This document shows, piece by piece, positions 24,132 to 33,412 of a DNA stretch of 49,567 nt. The stretch lies in contig JBDHHZ010000011.1 in NCBI GenBank assembly GCA_039589115.1, positions 1 through 49,567 on the forward strand, in the 5' to 3' direction. This stretch comes from Gemmatimonadota bacterium. Its GTDB lineage: Bacteria > Gemmatimonadota > Gemmatimonadetes > Palauibacterales > KS3-K002. Within the stretch, counting starts at the first letter, position 1. Each line of letters opens with the position of its first letter. The translations under genes and the position numbers were made by a program. The notes below the pieces were generated by a model. That model did no database searches, was not told where the DNA came from, and saw only the letters and a program-made list of their open reading frames with translations.

Positions 24132-24512
24132 TCAGAGATCCTCGGGCTCTATGTGGCAGCTCCAGCAGCGCGGTGCGACGTTGGAATAGTCGTGGCACCG
24201 GGTGCAGAACGCCTCACGGTTGTCGTGACAGTCCATGCAGGTCCCCGTGAGGCTAATGCTGTAGGTCTCACCTGATGTCGACGTGTACTCAGTCTCTCCC
24301 TCGCGGACCACCGCGTTGCGCCACTGGTTCAGCAGCTCCATGTGCCGCGCGCTCATGTACTCGGTGTCTTCGACGCACTGCGTCTCGTCCTCGGGCAGCT
24401 CGAGCTCGGGGCGGCCAGCCTCATCAGCCGCTACCAGCGTCTGCCACATGGGGAACGCCGCCAGGATCAGAACGGCGGCCAAGCCTGTCAGGGCCTTCGC
24501 TCTATCACCCAT
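24132..24512 (-). CDS. dsrJ: DsrJ, membrane-anchored periplasmic trihaem cytochrome c
   Basis: ORF 24132..24539 trimmed to MGDRAKALTGLAAVLILAAF (ATG 24512, overlaps the dsrK stop). Three CXXCH motifs: CMDCH, CTRCH, CWSCH. Confidence 0.85.
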   Translation of the reverse strand: MGDRAKALTGLAAVLILAAFPMWQTLVAADEAGRPELELPEDETQCVEDTEYMSARHMELLNQWRNAVVREGETEYTSTSGETYSISLTGTCMDCHDNREAFCTRCHDYSNVAPRCWSCHIEPEDL

Positions 24513-26172
24513 TGCCGGCGACCTCCACCACCTCGCCATGCTCCTCGACCTCCGCCATGCCCGGGATCGGCTCCAGTCGCAGGTTGTGCGTGCGCTTCTT
24601 CTCGCCTTTGAAGATCATCGCGTTGGCCACGAGCTCGCTGATGCCGGTCACTTCGACACCCGGCGCCCAATAGTCACAGACCGTCACGAGGGTCGCCCGG
24701 TCGATGGCACACATCGCGGCGAGCTGGTTGACGCCGTGCTGCTCCTGCACGTGTCGCACGGCGCTGCCTCTGGGCAGGCCGCCGCGCAATCGCATCTCCA
24801 TGTTCTCGTCTGTTCCCAGCCCTGCACCGCCACCGCAGCAAAACGTCTGTTCGCGGATGGTGTTCTCCGGCATCTCGTAGAAGTTGTTGCAAGCGCTCCG
24901 TATTACGTACCGCGGCTCCTCCAGGATGCCCATGCCGCGGGCTGTGTTGCAGGAGTCATGGAACGAGACGCGAAGGTGATCGTTCCTCGACGGATCGAGC
25001 TTCAGCTTGCCGTGGCGAATCGCGTCGGCCAGGAACTCCATGATATGAACGACCTTGGTGGACCGGGCATTCTCGAATACCGTACCGGTGAGCGGTGAGC
25101 TGGGCACCTCCAGGAAGTCGGCGGGCCCAGTCATGGTGCTCATGTACTGGTTGATCACCCTCCACATGTGCCCGCATTCACCGCCCAGGATCCACTTGAC
25201 ACCGAGGCGCTCGGCCTCGGCGTAGATCTTGGCATTCAGGCGCTTCATCGCCTCGTGGGACGTGAACAGCCCGAAGTTCCCTCCGTCGGATGCGTAGGTG
25301 CTCCAGGTGTAGTCGATCCCCAGCTCGTGGAACAGCAGCATGTAGGACATGCAGGTGTAGATGCCGGGAGCGGCGACGAAATCACCCGACGGCGTGAAGA
25401 ACAGGATCTCGGCGCCCTTCTTGTTGATCGGGATGTCGATGCTGATGCCCGTGGCCTCCTCGATGTCCTCCGCCATGAACTCCAGGGTGTCCTTGAGGCC
25501 GTGGGGCTGGATACCGAGATGGTTGCCGAACCGATAGCAGTTGGCCACCGGCTCGATGACCCAGTTGACGTAGAGGCCGAGCAGACCCAGCAGCTCCCTG
25601 CCCATCATGGTGATCTCGGCCGTATCGATCCCGTACGGACAGAAGACCGAGCAGCGCCGGCACTCGGTGCACTGGAAGAAGTAGTAGAACCACTCCTTTA
25701 TGACATCGGGTGTGAGCTCGCGGCCTCCCGCCAGCTTCCCGAACACCTTACCCAGCGCCGTGAAGTCCCTTCGATAGATGGACCGTAACAGCTCGGCCCG
25801 TAGCACCGGCATGTTCTTGGGATCGCCGCTGCCGATGAAGAAGTGGCACTTGTCGGAACAGGCACCGCACCGGACACAGATGTCCATGAAGACCTTGAAG
25901 GTGCGGTACTTGCCCAGCCGCTCCGCCATCCCGTCAAGGACGATCTCTTTCCAGTTCTCCGGGAGCTGCCAGTCCTCGTCGGTGACGGCCCAGTCCCTCG
26001 CGTACGGCAGATCGAGGACCCGGAGTTTCTTGGCCTTGCCCGGGTAGATGTAGGTGCCCGGCCTGAAGTCGACCGGCGTGTTCATCCACGGCGTCCCGGG
26101 CGGGCGCCAATCCAGCTTCAACAGCTCTTCCTGCTTGTAGTACGCCGCTTCGTCCGGTTTTGGTGTCTTCAT
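24505..26172 (-). CDS. dsrK: DsrK, catalytic HdrD-like CCG iron-sulfur subunit of DsrMKJOP
   Basis: CVRCGACSDKCHF and CTECRRCSVFCPYG ferredoxin motifs; CCG motifs FHDSCNTARGMG and FCCGGGAGLG. The start overlaps the dsrM stop (ATGA). Confidence 0.9.
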   Translation of the reverse strand: MKTPKPDEAAYYKQEELLKLDWRPPGTPWMNTPVDFRPGTYIYPGKAKKLRVLDLPYARDWAVTDEDWQLPENWKEIVLDGMAERLGKYRTFKVFMDICVRCGACSDKCHFFIGSGDPKNMPVLRAELLRSIYRRDFTALGKVFGKLAGGRELTPDVIKEWFYYFFQCTECRRCSVFCPYGIDTAEITMMGRELLGLLGLYVNWVIEPVANCYRFGNHLGIQPHGLKDTLEFMAEDIEEATGISIDIPINKKGAEILFFTPSGDFVAAPGIYTCMSYMLLFHELGIDYTWSTYASDGGNFGLFTSHEAMKRLNAKIYAEAERLGVKWILGGECGHMWRVINQYMSTMTGPADFLEVPSSPLTGTVFENARSTKVVHIMEFLADAIRHGKLKLDPSRNDHLRVSFHDSCNTARGMGILEEPRYVIRSACNNFYEMPENTIREQTFCCGGGAGLGTDENMEMRLRGGLPRGSAVRHVQEQHGVNQLAAMCAIDRATLVTVCDYWAPGVEVTGISELVANAMIFKGEKKRTHNLRLEPIPGMAEVEEHGEVVEVAGNG

Positions 26173-27155
26173 TGCCGCTCCACAGGAATCCCAGCCCGCT
26201 TCATTTTGTCCCTGAGTTCGTCCTCGTACTCCTCGTACGTATGCACCTTAACCGGGTAGTCCCAGGGGTTGAGGTGTCGCACCGCTCGGTTGCTGTTCGC
26301 CATGTTCCTGGTCGGACTCAAGAAGACACCCGCCATATGGGCCAGCTTGCTGAACGGGAAATAGGCCAGCAACACGCAGACCAGGAACAGGTGGCCGTAG
26401 AACAGAGGGCTGATCGTATCGGGCACCACCGGCGCGAAACGCGCCAGCCCGAGCGCCAGCTCTTTTACACTCGCGATGTCCGTCTTGGCCAAGTGCCGCA
26501 GCCAGAACCCACTGATACCGATCCCCAACAGCAGGAACAGCGCGAAGTAGTCACCCAGCAGCGAGATGTACCGCACCTGGCCGATCGCGAGGCGTCTGTA
26601 AAGCAGGTAAATCGTGGCAACAACGAAGACGACTGACGTGATGAAGAAGACCGGCAGGCCTACCTCCATGAACCCGTCGGCCCTCTCCAGGACCGTCACG
26701 AAGAGGGGCACCGGGTTACTGAGTAGCCGCAGATGCCTGATCAGAATGACCAGCAGCGACCAGTGCATGGCCAGCGCGGCGATCCACAGCCCCAGGTCAG
26801 TCGCATAGACCAACCTGCGCCCTTCGACCAGCTCCGTCTTCGTGTTCCTCAGCAACGAGCGAAAGAAGAGGACCTCCAGGGCCATTCTCCCGATCACCCA
26901 GAGCGTGTTGTGCGGGTTCTCCAGCTTCTGCTGCTCGAGCCAGCCGAGCGACTTATGCTGACCGCACGTCGTGGGGATGCGGAAGGGAACGGGAACGTTC
27001 GCCCAGCTCAGGACCCGGTGGATGAGTCCACCGACGAACAGCACCAGGGCCACGTAGGTGAGTAGGACGAACACCAACCCCGCGCCTGGCAACCCGCCGA
27101 GGGTTCCCAGCAGGAAGAGGCCGACCACAGCCAGCAAGGCGACCACCACGTTCAT
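26169..27155 (-). CDS. dsrM: DsrM, NarI-like dihaem cytochrome b membrane subunit
   Basis: 328-aa polytopic membrane protein with AYFPFSKLAHMAGVF. First gene of the dsrMKJOP block. Confidence 0.9.
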   Translation of the reverse strand: MNVVVALLAVVGLFLLGTLGGLPGAGLVFVLLTYVALVLFVGGLIHRVLSWANVPVPFRIPTTCGQHKSLGWLEQQKLENPHNTLWVIGRMALEVLFFRSLLRNTKTELVEGRRLVYATDLGLWIAALAMHWSLLVILIRHLRLLSNPVPLFVTVLERADGFMEVGLPVFFITSVVFVVATIYLLYRRLAIGQVRYISLLGDYFALFLLLGIGISGFWLRHLAKTDIASVKELALGLARFAPVVPDTISPLFYGHLFLVCVLLAYFPFSKLAHMAGVFLSPTRNMANSNRAVRHLNPWDYPVKVHTYEEYEDELRDKMKRAGIPVERQ

Positions 27156-27185
27156 CGGATACCCTCTCGCTGCACGTTCCCTCCT

Positions 27186-27728
27186 CTATCGCTCCGGCTT
27201 CGGACCGATCTGGACAAGCTGTGGGTCCGGATCCTGCCGGTTCACTTTGTCCACGATCCACGAGACCTGTCGCTTCACTTCGTTGACGCGAAGCTCGTAT
27301 ACCTGCTCACGGCAGCCGACGTAGATGTCGAACGCCTCGAGGGCGATCTGGTCGATCTGCGAGTCGAGCTCCGCCAGTTCCGAGGAGAACCGCGGATCCG
27401 CCGCCATCTCTCCCGCTGCCGCCCGAACGATCTCTCTCAAGCGGAGCACGAAACCGACAGCCTGGGAAGGAGCGAACTGCTGAACCGCTCTGATCCTCAT
27501 GATCTCATGCAGGTGCTCGCGTATCTCGCCCACGTCCGTATTGTCGAGCAGGACGTCGAGAATCCCCTGAGTACCTACACGCAGGCTGTGGCCCACAGGG
27601 TTTGCGAACGGGTCCCTCTCGCGCCCAAAAATAGCGGCCGAGTCCCCGGGGTACGTCGCCAGCACGCCCTCGAGCCAGTCCCGGGCGATGGCATCTCTCC
27701 TGTCCCGCAATAGCTGCCTGAGCGTCAC
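27186..27728 (-). CDS. dsrT: DsrT-like protein (RsbRD N-terminal-domain-like helical protein)
   Basis: ORF 27186..27815 trimmed to the GTG at 27728 (GGGAGA SD, 7-nt spacer), which removes the overlap with dsrC. Helical protein with DPFANPVGHSL. Position immediately upstream of dsrM matches dsrT in other dsr loci. Family assignment is from memory, not verified. Confidence 0.5.
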   Translation of the reverse strand: MTLRQLLRDRRDAIARDWLEGVLATYPGDSAAIFGRERDPFANPVGHSLRVGTQGILDVLLDNTDVGEIREHLHEIMRIRAVQQFAPSQAVGFVLRLREIVRAAAGEMAADPRFSSELAELDSQIDQIALEAFDIYVGCREQVYELRVNEVKRQVSWIVDKVNRQDPDPQLVQIGPKPER

Positions 27729-27753
27729 AGTCAGTTCTCCCGTGCCGCCGGAA

Positions 27754-28071
27754 TCACACACATCCGGTCGGCTTCGGCAGGCCGGCCACCTTGCAGGCCC
27801 CCTTTGCCGGCCCACTCGGGAACAGATCGTAGATCTCCTTCAGCTTGAAGCCCGTCTGCTTGCAGAGCTTGCGGATCATTGGCGCCATGCTGTACTCGAG
27901 GTAATACTCACGCAGGTAGTTGACGACCTTCCAATGGTCATCGGTCAGTTCGTCGACGCCTTCCGTCTTTGCCAGATCTGTGGCAACGCCCTGGTCCCAA
28001 GCATCGGGATCCTGGATGAACCCGTCTTCGTCGATCTCGATCTGCTTCCCGCCTAGTTCCTTCGTCTCCAT
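27754..28071 (-). CDS. dsrC: DsrC, canonical (both C-terminal arm cysteines present)
   Basis: 105 aa ending LFPSGPAKGACKVAGLPKPTGCV. CysB and the penultimate CysA are separated by 10 residues, as in functional DsrC. Confidence 0.95.
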   Translation of the reverse strand: METKELGGKQIEIDEDGFIQDPDAWDQGVATDLAKTEGVDELTDDHWKVVNYLREYYLEYSMAPMIRKLCKQTGFKLKEIYDLFPSGPAKGACKVAGLPKPTGCV

Positions 28072-28120
28072 CAGTATCCTCCGTTCCTGGGCCGCCGTAT
28101 CCTCATCGCATCATTGAGGG

Positions 28121-28513
28121 CTACACGAACTCGATATCCACCCGCGGTGGATGGCTGAACGACTCATGAATCGTACATTTTTCTGCTATGCGCTTTAGGA
28201 CCTCCCAGCGTTCTTCGGGCACCCCCTCGGGCAGTTCAACATCGACAACGATGGCACCCACGCGTTTGGGATCGTCCGCGAGCTCGAGTGTGAGATTGAC
28301 GCCGACATCGCCGTCGGTGTACCCGTGCCTATCGCAGTAGCCCTGCACCATCATCGCGATGCACGCCCCGAGCGATCCCGCAAGCAACTCCGCCGGCGAG
28401 GGGGCAGCATCCGTGCCCCCATCGCTCACGGACATGTCGCTCGCCACGGTGTGTCCGCGTACGTTGAACTCGAACACTAGCCCGCTCTTCCTGGTGACAG
28501 TGATCAGGTCCAT
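28121..28513 (-). CDS. OsmC/Ohr-family protein
   Basis: 130 aa with the OsmC-like core GGTDAAPSPAELLAGSLGACIAMMV and a second Cys in KCTIHESF. Confidence 0.75.
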   Translation of the reverse strand: MDLITVTRKSGLVFEFNVRGHTVASDMSVSDGGTDAAPSPAELLAGSLGACIAMMVQGYCDRHGYTDGDVGVNLTLELADDPKRVGAIVVDVELPEGVPEERWEVLKRIAEKCTIHESFSHPPRVDIEFV

Positions 28514-28536
28514 TCCATCGCCCTCACACTCGCTCT

Positions 28537-29802
28537 CTACTTCTTCTTGGCCTTCCCCGTTGCCGCACCGTGCAGCTTGACTTCCACCTTCTCATCAAGA
28601 CCCGCATAGTACTCGCGCAAGATCGCGACGACCTCGGGCTTGCTGAACTCCGGCGGAACCGGCTTGCCTTCAGACAGCATCTTGCGCAGCATCGTTCCGG
28701 ACAGCAGGAGCCGGGCTCCTGATACATAGTTGCCATCCTCATCCAGGACGGCCTTGTCTTCGTGCGGCGAGGTCTTCATTGAAGCCATCTCGCCGAGTTT
28801 GTAGTCGTAGAAGGTCCAATCCATCTTGAGTGGCTGAGTTCCCAGCGCGCCCTTTGGAACCTCGTCGAAGATCTCCTGCGCGTCGAAAGGCCCGTAGTAA
28901 TCACCGACACCGGCGTGGTCTCTTCCCACGATCAGGTGGCTGCAGCCGTAGTTCTGGCGGAACACCGCGTGCAGCAGTGCCTCCCGCGGGCCGGCGTAAC
29001 GCATGTCCAGCGGGTAACCACCCATGACGACCCGCTCCGGCCTGAAGTAGTTCTGGACCAGCGCGTCAATGCAACGCACCCTCACATCCGCCGGGATGTC
29101 ACCCGGTTTCAGCTCGCCCAGGAGCTGGTGGATGTAGACTCCGTCCGTGACCTCAATGGCGACCTTTGCCAGATAGGCGTGGGAGTTGTGCATCGGGTTG
29201 CGGAGCTGAAGTGCCGCGACCGAGCTCCAGCCGCGTTCGGCGAAGAGCGCTCGGGCTTCCGCCGGGCGTTGATAGATTCCCGGGAAGTCTCCAGGGAAGA
29301 AGCTCTCGCTCAAGACCTTGATGGGCCCACCCAAGTTCACGTCCTTCTGAGCCACCACCATCGCCACACCGGGGTGCTCCGGATCGGTGGTCCTAAAGAC
29401 TTCCTTGCACTCGAGCTCCTTGTCGATGGTGTACTTCTCGTTGACCGTCATGATGGCCATCGCAGTGCCACGCTCTTCATCGACCAGGGCCACATCTTCA
29501 CCGGTTGCGATGGCCTCGGCGTCTTCCTTTGTGACCGATACGGTCACCGGGATGGGCCAGAACACGCCGTCCGTCATCTGCATGTCCTTGACCACACCTT
29601 TCCAGTCCGCTTCGCCCATGAAGCCATCCAGGGGCGTGAACCCTCCAATCCCCATCATGATGGCGTCGCCCGTCTCGCGTGACGTGATGGGGATTTTGCG
29701 AAGCGTCTCGGCGCGCTTCTGCTCCTCGTTCAATTCCCCACCCTCGAGCAGCAACGGCTTCAGCTGCTGCTCTTTTCCATGCGGCTTAACCAGCTTTGAC
29801 AT
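28537..29802 (-). CDS. sat: Sulfate adenylyltransferase (ATP sulfurylase)
   Basis: Motifs [13 protein letters not shown] and GRDHAGVG, with an N-terminal PUA-like region. 421 aa. Confidence 0.95.
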   Translation of the reverse strand: MSKLVKPHGKEQQLKPLLLEGGELNEEQKRAETLRKIPITSRETGDAIMMGIGGFTPLDGFMGEADWKGVVKDMQMTDGVFWPIPVTVSVTKEDAEAIATGEDVALVDEERGTAMAIMTVNEKYTIDKELECKEVFRTTDPEHPGVAMVVAQKDVNLGGPIKVLSESFFPGDFPGIYQRPAEARALFAERGWSSVAALQLRNPMHNSHAYLAKVAIEVTDGVYIHQLLGELKPGDIPADVRVRCIDALVQNYFRPERVVMGGYPLDMRYAGPREALLHAVFRQNYGCSHLIVGRDHAGVGDYYGPFDAQEIFDEVPKGALGTQPLKMDWTFYDYKLGEMASMKTSPHEDKAVLDEDGNYVSGARLLLSGTMLRKMLSEGKPVPPEFSKPEVVAILREYYAGLDEKVEVKLHGAATGKAKKK

Positions 29803-29888
29803 CTCTCTGCCCTCTGTAAGGGTTTGTTGGTTGTTTCTTCTATCGTGTCCAGAGGGATCCGGCTTCCTGCGATCCCCCGTGCTGAATC

Positions 29889-31145
29889 TCAGTTATTGGC
29901 TGTGACCCCCTCCACGGCCGCTCGCGTTTCAGCTTCTAGCTGGCCGCTCCCGACCAATCTAGCCGGCGCGCGCGCACCGTTCGTTCGCCCCGTGTGCTCC
30001 GCGTACACCATTGCCGTGGTTCGGTAGAGCAAGTGGGCGAACTTGGAGTACGGCAGATACACCAGGAGCTGGAACACTAAGACCAGGTGTGCGAAGTAGA
30101 GCGCGTAGGCGACCGTCACAGCCGACTCAATCGTGGGGTCGATCGTGAACCGCAGTATCTCGATCGCGAACCCCGTCAGCGCTACGCCGAGCAGCAGCCA
30201 GATGAACATCCAGTCGAACGCCGTAGTCGTCTGCGCATCATTCGGGTCGCGCAACCGGTCGAGGATACCCTTCGCACATCCGAAGACCAGCAGCACGCCG
30301 CCGACGTTGGCTAGGATCTTCATGGGATGCGCCAAGTCGAACGGATACAGGGATTCGACTCCCATATAGGGAAGCACGTATAGGTCGAGCACGGCCCAGA
30401 TCGTGACGACGTAGAGCGCCATGAATCCGTAGAAGGCCGCCAGGTGCGTGATCCGACGTGAAGGCCGGGCGCTGCACTTGGCGAACCTATTATGGACAAA
30501 TATCGACACGACGGTCCGAACGATGCTCTTGACCACCCCGACAGGCGGAGACAGCGAACCGTACAGGCCATCGGCTTCTTTCATCGCTCGCCATAACCGC
30601 ACGATCCCCACCACGGCCGCCACGAACGCAAGGACGGTGAAGAACGCGAAGAAAACGATGAGCAACCAGTGCGGGAAGAACTCGGCATAAAAGCCGTGGG
30701 GCTCGCCGAAGCTCAGCGCGCCCTCTATGGGATCGCGGACCATCAGCGCCAGGGCGAGCAGCGCCGCCGTGAGCAACATCAGCGGCGGCTGGAGCTTAGC
30801 GTTGTTCACCCAGCGGCCGAGGAACTTGGGCACGGCGAAGTGCCGCACCGCCTGCTGGCGGACCGCCGCCAGCACATCGCCCGGGCGCGCGCCGCGCGGG
30901 CACCTGAGCGAGCAGTCGTTGCACTGGTGACAGAGCCAGACGTCGGGGTCCGCCACGAGCCGGTCCTTCAATCCCCACTGGGCCCAGATCATCTCCTTGC
31001 GTGGGAAGGGCCGATCGTCAGGAGCCAGCTCGCAGATTACCGAGCAGGTGGCGCACTGGTAGCACTTCTTCAGATCGCCACCACCTGATGCGATAATCTC
31101 TTTTACAAACTCTCTGTCCGGTACCAGCAAGCAGGATTCGGCCAT
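29889..31145 (-). CDS. qmoC: QmoC, HdrC-like ferredoxin domain fused to HdrE/NarI-like membrane cytochrome b
   Basis: ORF 29889..31361 trimmed to ATG 31145 ([10 protein letters not shown]..), which removes the overlap with qmo[12 protein letters not shown] and [12 protein letters not shown] motifs are followed by hydrophobic helices ending [13 protein letters not shown]. Confidence 0.85.
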   Translation of the reverse strand: MAESCLLVPDREFVKEIIASGGGDLKKCYQCATCSVICELAPDDRPFPRKEMIWAQWGLKDRLVADPDVWLCHQCNDCSLRCPRGARPGDVLAAVRQQAVRHFAVPKFLGRWVNNAKLQPPLMLLTAALLALALMVRDPIEGALSFGEPHGFYAEFFPHWLLIVFFAFFTVLAFVAAVVGIVRLWRAMKEADGLYGSLSPPVGVVKSIVRTVVSIFVHNRFAKCSARPSRRITHLAAFYGFMALYVVTIWAVLDLYVLPYMGVESLYPFDLAHPMKILANVGGVLLVFGCAKGILDRLRDPNDAQTTTAFDWMFIWLLLGVALTGFAIEILRFTIDPTIESAVTVAYALYFAHLVLVFQLLVYLPYSKFAHLLYRTTAMVYAEHTGRTNGARAPARLVGSGQLEAETRAAVEGVTANN

Positions 31146-31159
31146 CCTCACCACGCTCC

Positions 31160-33409
31160 CTAGAACCCTTTGAACGGGTTCAGCCCAATCTCGTCGATCT
31201 GCTCTGCGAATTCGTTGATGATTTGCGGTAGCTTCTCGAAGTCGGAGATGGGAAGTTGCTCCAAGCGGACGCGTTCCTCTTCCAAGGCGAGCTGCTTGAG
31301 CTTCTCGCGGATGTTCTCGCTCCGCGTCTCCATCAGCTCGCTGCCGCGAATAAAGTGACACTGGTAGTCGTCACCCGACTTGCAGCCGACGAGCAGGATG
31401 CCGTCGAAGCCGGCGGACAGGGCGTCGGCCACCCAGACCGTGTTGACCGACCCCAGGCAGCGGACCGGGACGAACCTGATGAAGGCGCTGTGCTGGATGC
31501 GCTTGAGCCCGGCGACGTCGAGGGCCGGATAGGCGTCGTTCTCACACAGCAGTCCGAGCAGGCGGGGCTTCTCCTCGAACTCGTCGGGGATCTCCACCGC
31601 CTTGATCATCGCGGAGATGATCTCGACCGAGTAGTCCTTGAACGAGATGATCCGCTCGGGGCAGCAGCCAAGGCAGATACCGCAGCGGCGGCAGCGGGTG
31701 GTGTTGACCAGTGGCGTGCCCTTCTCATCCTCGTTTAGCGTTCCGAACGGACACTCCTCGGTACAGCGCTTGCACTGTGTGCAGCGCTGCATGAAGAAGT
31801 CCGGGTAGGAAGTGTCGCCCCAGCGGGGATGGACCGCCTGGCCGCTGCTCGTCAGCTCGAGGCTCTGAATCGCCTTTAGCGCCGCGCCGGCGCCGTCTTC
31901 CATACTGACGAGCGAATCGTTCGGCGCCCGTACACAGCCGGCCGCGTAGATGCCGGTGCGCCGGGTCTCGTACGGGAAGCAGATGAAGTGTGAGTCTGGG
32001 AAGTCATACTTCAAGACCGGCAGGTCCGGGCCTTGCCGATAGTCCAGATTCAGAATGGCGGTTCCTTCGAGGTGCTGGAGTTCCTCGGCCGTTACCTTCG
32101 CCGCTTCCAGTTGCGCGCCCGCTTCACCCTTCTCGATTAGCGCCTTGGCGTCGGTGAGCTTCCGGATGCCCTCACCGTCGGCCGCCGCCGGCACCATGCC
32201 GGTCGCCAGGACCACGAGGTCCGCCTCGATGCGGATCCGGTCTCCCAACAGGGTGTTCTCGGCCTCCACCTGCAGGTTTCCGTCGCCGACTTCTTCGACG
32301 CCGAGTACGTCGGCTTTGGTGAAGAAGATGCTCGGATCGTCCTGGGCGCTGCGGTAGAATTCCTCGTACTGTCCCGGAGTGCGGATGTCCTTGTACAGCA
32401 CGTAAGCCTCTGCCTCGGAGTCGAGCTGCCGAGCCACCAGGGCCTGCTTGATCGTCACGCGACAGCAAACGGCCGAGCAGTAAGGCAGGTGGTTCTCGTC
32501 GCGCGAGCCGGCGCACTGGACGAAGGCGATCCGGCGGGCCGGCTTACCGTCGCTGGGCCGTGTGATCGCACCAGCGGCGATCAGTTCCTCCATCTCCACG
32601 TTGGTGATGACGTTGGGACTGCGGCCGTAGCCCAGGTGGTCAAGCCGCGAGGCGTCGTACGGCTTCCAGCCGGTGGCCTGGACGATGGCGCCGACGCGGA
32701 ACTCCGCGCTCGAGCCGTTGGCCTTGAGCGAGACGTCGAACTGGCCGGGCTGGCCCGTGATCCGCTCGATCGTCGCACTGGTGTGGACGCTGATCCGCTC
32801 GTTGCCCTCGATCTCGGCGATGCGCCCGCTGAGGTCGACCGGTTCGAGCTCCCGATACGGAGGGTTGAGGGGGAACCGCCAGCCACACTTGCCCGCAAAA
32901 CCGCCCAGTTGCGGTTCCTTCTCCACCAAGACGACGTCGTAGCCGGCGCCGGCGGCATCCAACGCCGCCGCCATCCCGGTCACGCCGCCACCCACGACCA
33001 GGAGCGTCTTGTCGATGTCGGCCTCGAACGGTTCCGGCATTTCTGCCTTCTTCGCCCGAGCGATGCCCATGCGCAGGTAATCGGCGCCGAGCATCTGGGT
33101 GTCTTCGTCGTTCGGCTCGTGGCTCCAGACCACGTGCTCGCGCAGGTTGACCCGCTCCGTTCGGCACCCGTCGAAGGTGAAGTCGTCGGTCTTGAATCGG
33201 GGCGAGCACGCGGCGACGACCAGCGCGTTCGCGCCCTGCTCGATGTCCGCCTTGATCAGCTCGAGACCCGCATCGCCGCAGAGGCATTCGTGGTCGCGAC
33301 AGAGGTCGACCTCGCACTCCCCGGTAGCAACTTCACTCAGCGCCTCGACATCTAGCGATCCGCCGATCTCACAGCCATGGCATATGTAGACGGCTACTTT
33401 CTTCTCCAC
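31160..33409 (-). CDS. qmoB: QmoB, HdrA-like flavoprotein with C-terminal MvhD-like domain
   Basis: GTG start. FAD fold VVGGGVTGMAAA; ferredoxin motifs CTQCKRCTEECP and CRRCGICLGCCP. C-terminal VRCLGSVN..LLVGCKSGDDYQCHF is typical of MvhD-type domains. Confidence 0.9.
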   Translation of the reverse strand: MEKKVAVYICHGCEIGGSLDVEALSEVATGECEVDLCRDHECLCGDAGLELIKADIEQGANALVVAACSPRFKTDDFTFDGCRTERVNLREHVVWSHEPNDEDTQMLGADYLRMGIARAKKAEMPEPFEADIDKTLLVVGGGVTGMAAALDAAGAGYDVVLVEKEPQLGGFAGKCGWRFPLNPPYRELEPVDLSGRIAEIEGNERISVHTSATIERITGQPGQFDVSLKANGSSAEFRVGAIVQATGWKPYDASRLDHLGYGRSPNVITNVEMEELIAAGAITRPSDGKPARRIAFVQCAGSRDENHLPYCSAVCCRVTIKQALVARQLDSEAEAYVLYKDIRTPGQYEEFYRSAQDDPSIFFTKADVLGVEEVGDGNLQVEAENTLLGDRIRIEADLVVLATGMVPAAADGEGIRKLTDAKALIEKGEAGAQLEAAKVTAEELQHLEGTAILNLDYRQGPDLPVLKYDFPDSHFICFPYETRRTGIYAAGCVRAPNDSLVSMEDGAGAALKAIQSLELTSSGQAVHPRWGDTSYPDFFMQRCTQCKRCTEECPFGTLNEDEKGTPLVNTTRCRRCGICLGCCPERIISFKDYSVEIISAMIKAVEIPDEFEEKPRLLGLLCENDAYPALDVAGLKRIQHSAFIRFVPVRCLGSVNTVWVADALSAGFDGILLVGCKSGDDYQCHFIRGSELMETRSENIREKLKQLALEEERVRLEQLPISDFEKLPQIINEFAEQIDEIGLNPFKGF

Positions 33410-33412
33410 CCT

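Noticed and set aside
31146-31361. 72-aa N-terminal extension of the QmoC ORF
   Set aside because: It overlaps the 3' end of qmoB in another frame and is Arg-rich. The internal ATG at 31145 gives a typical QmoC N-terminus 14 nt after the qmoB stop.
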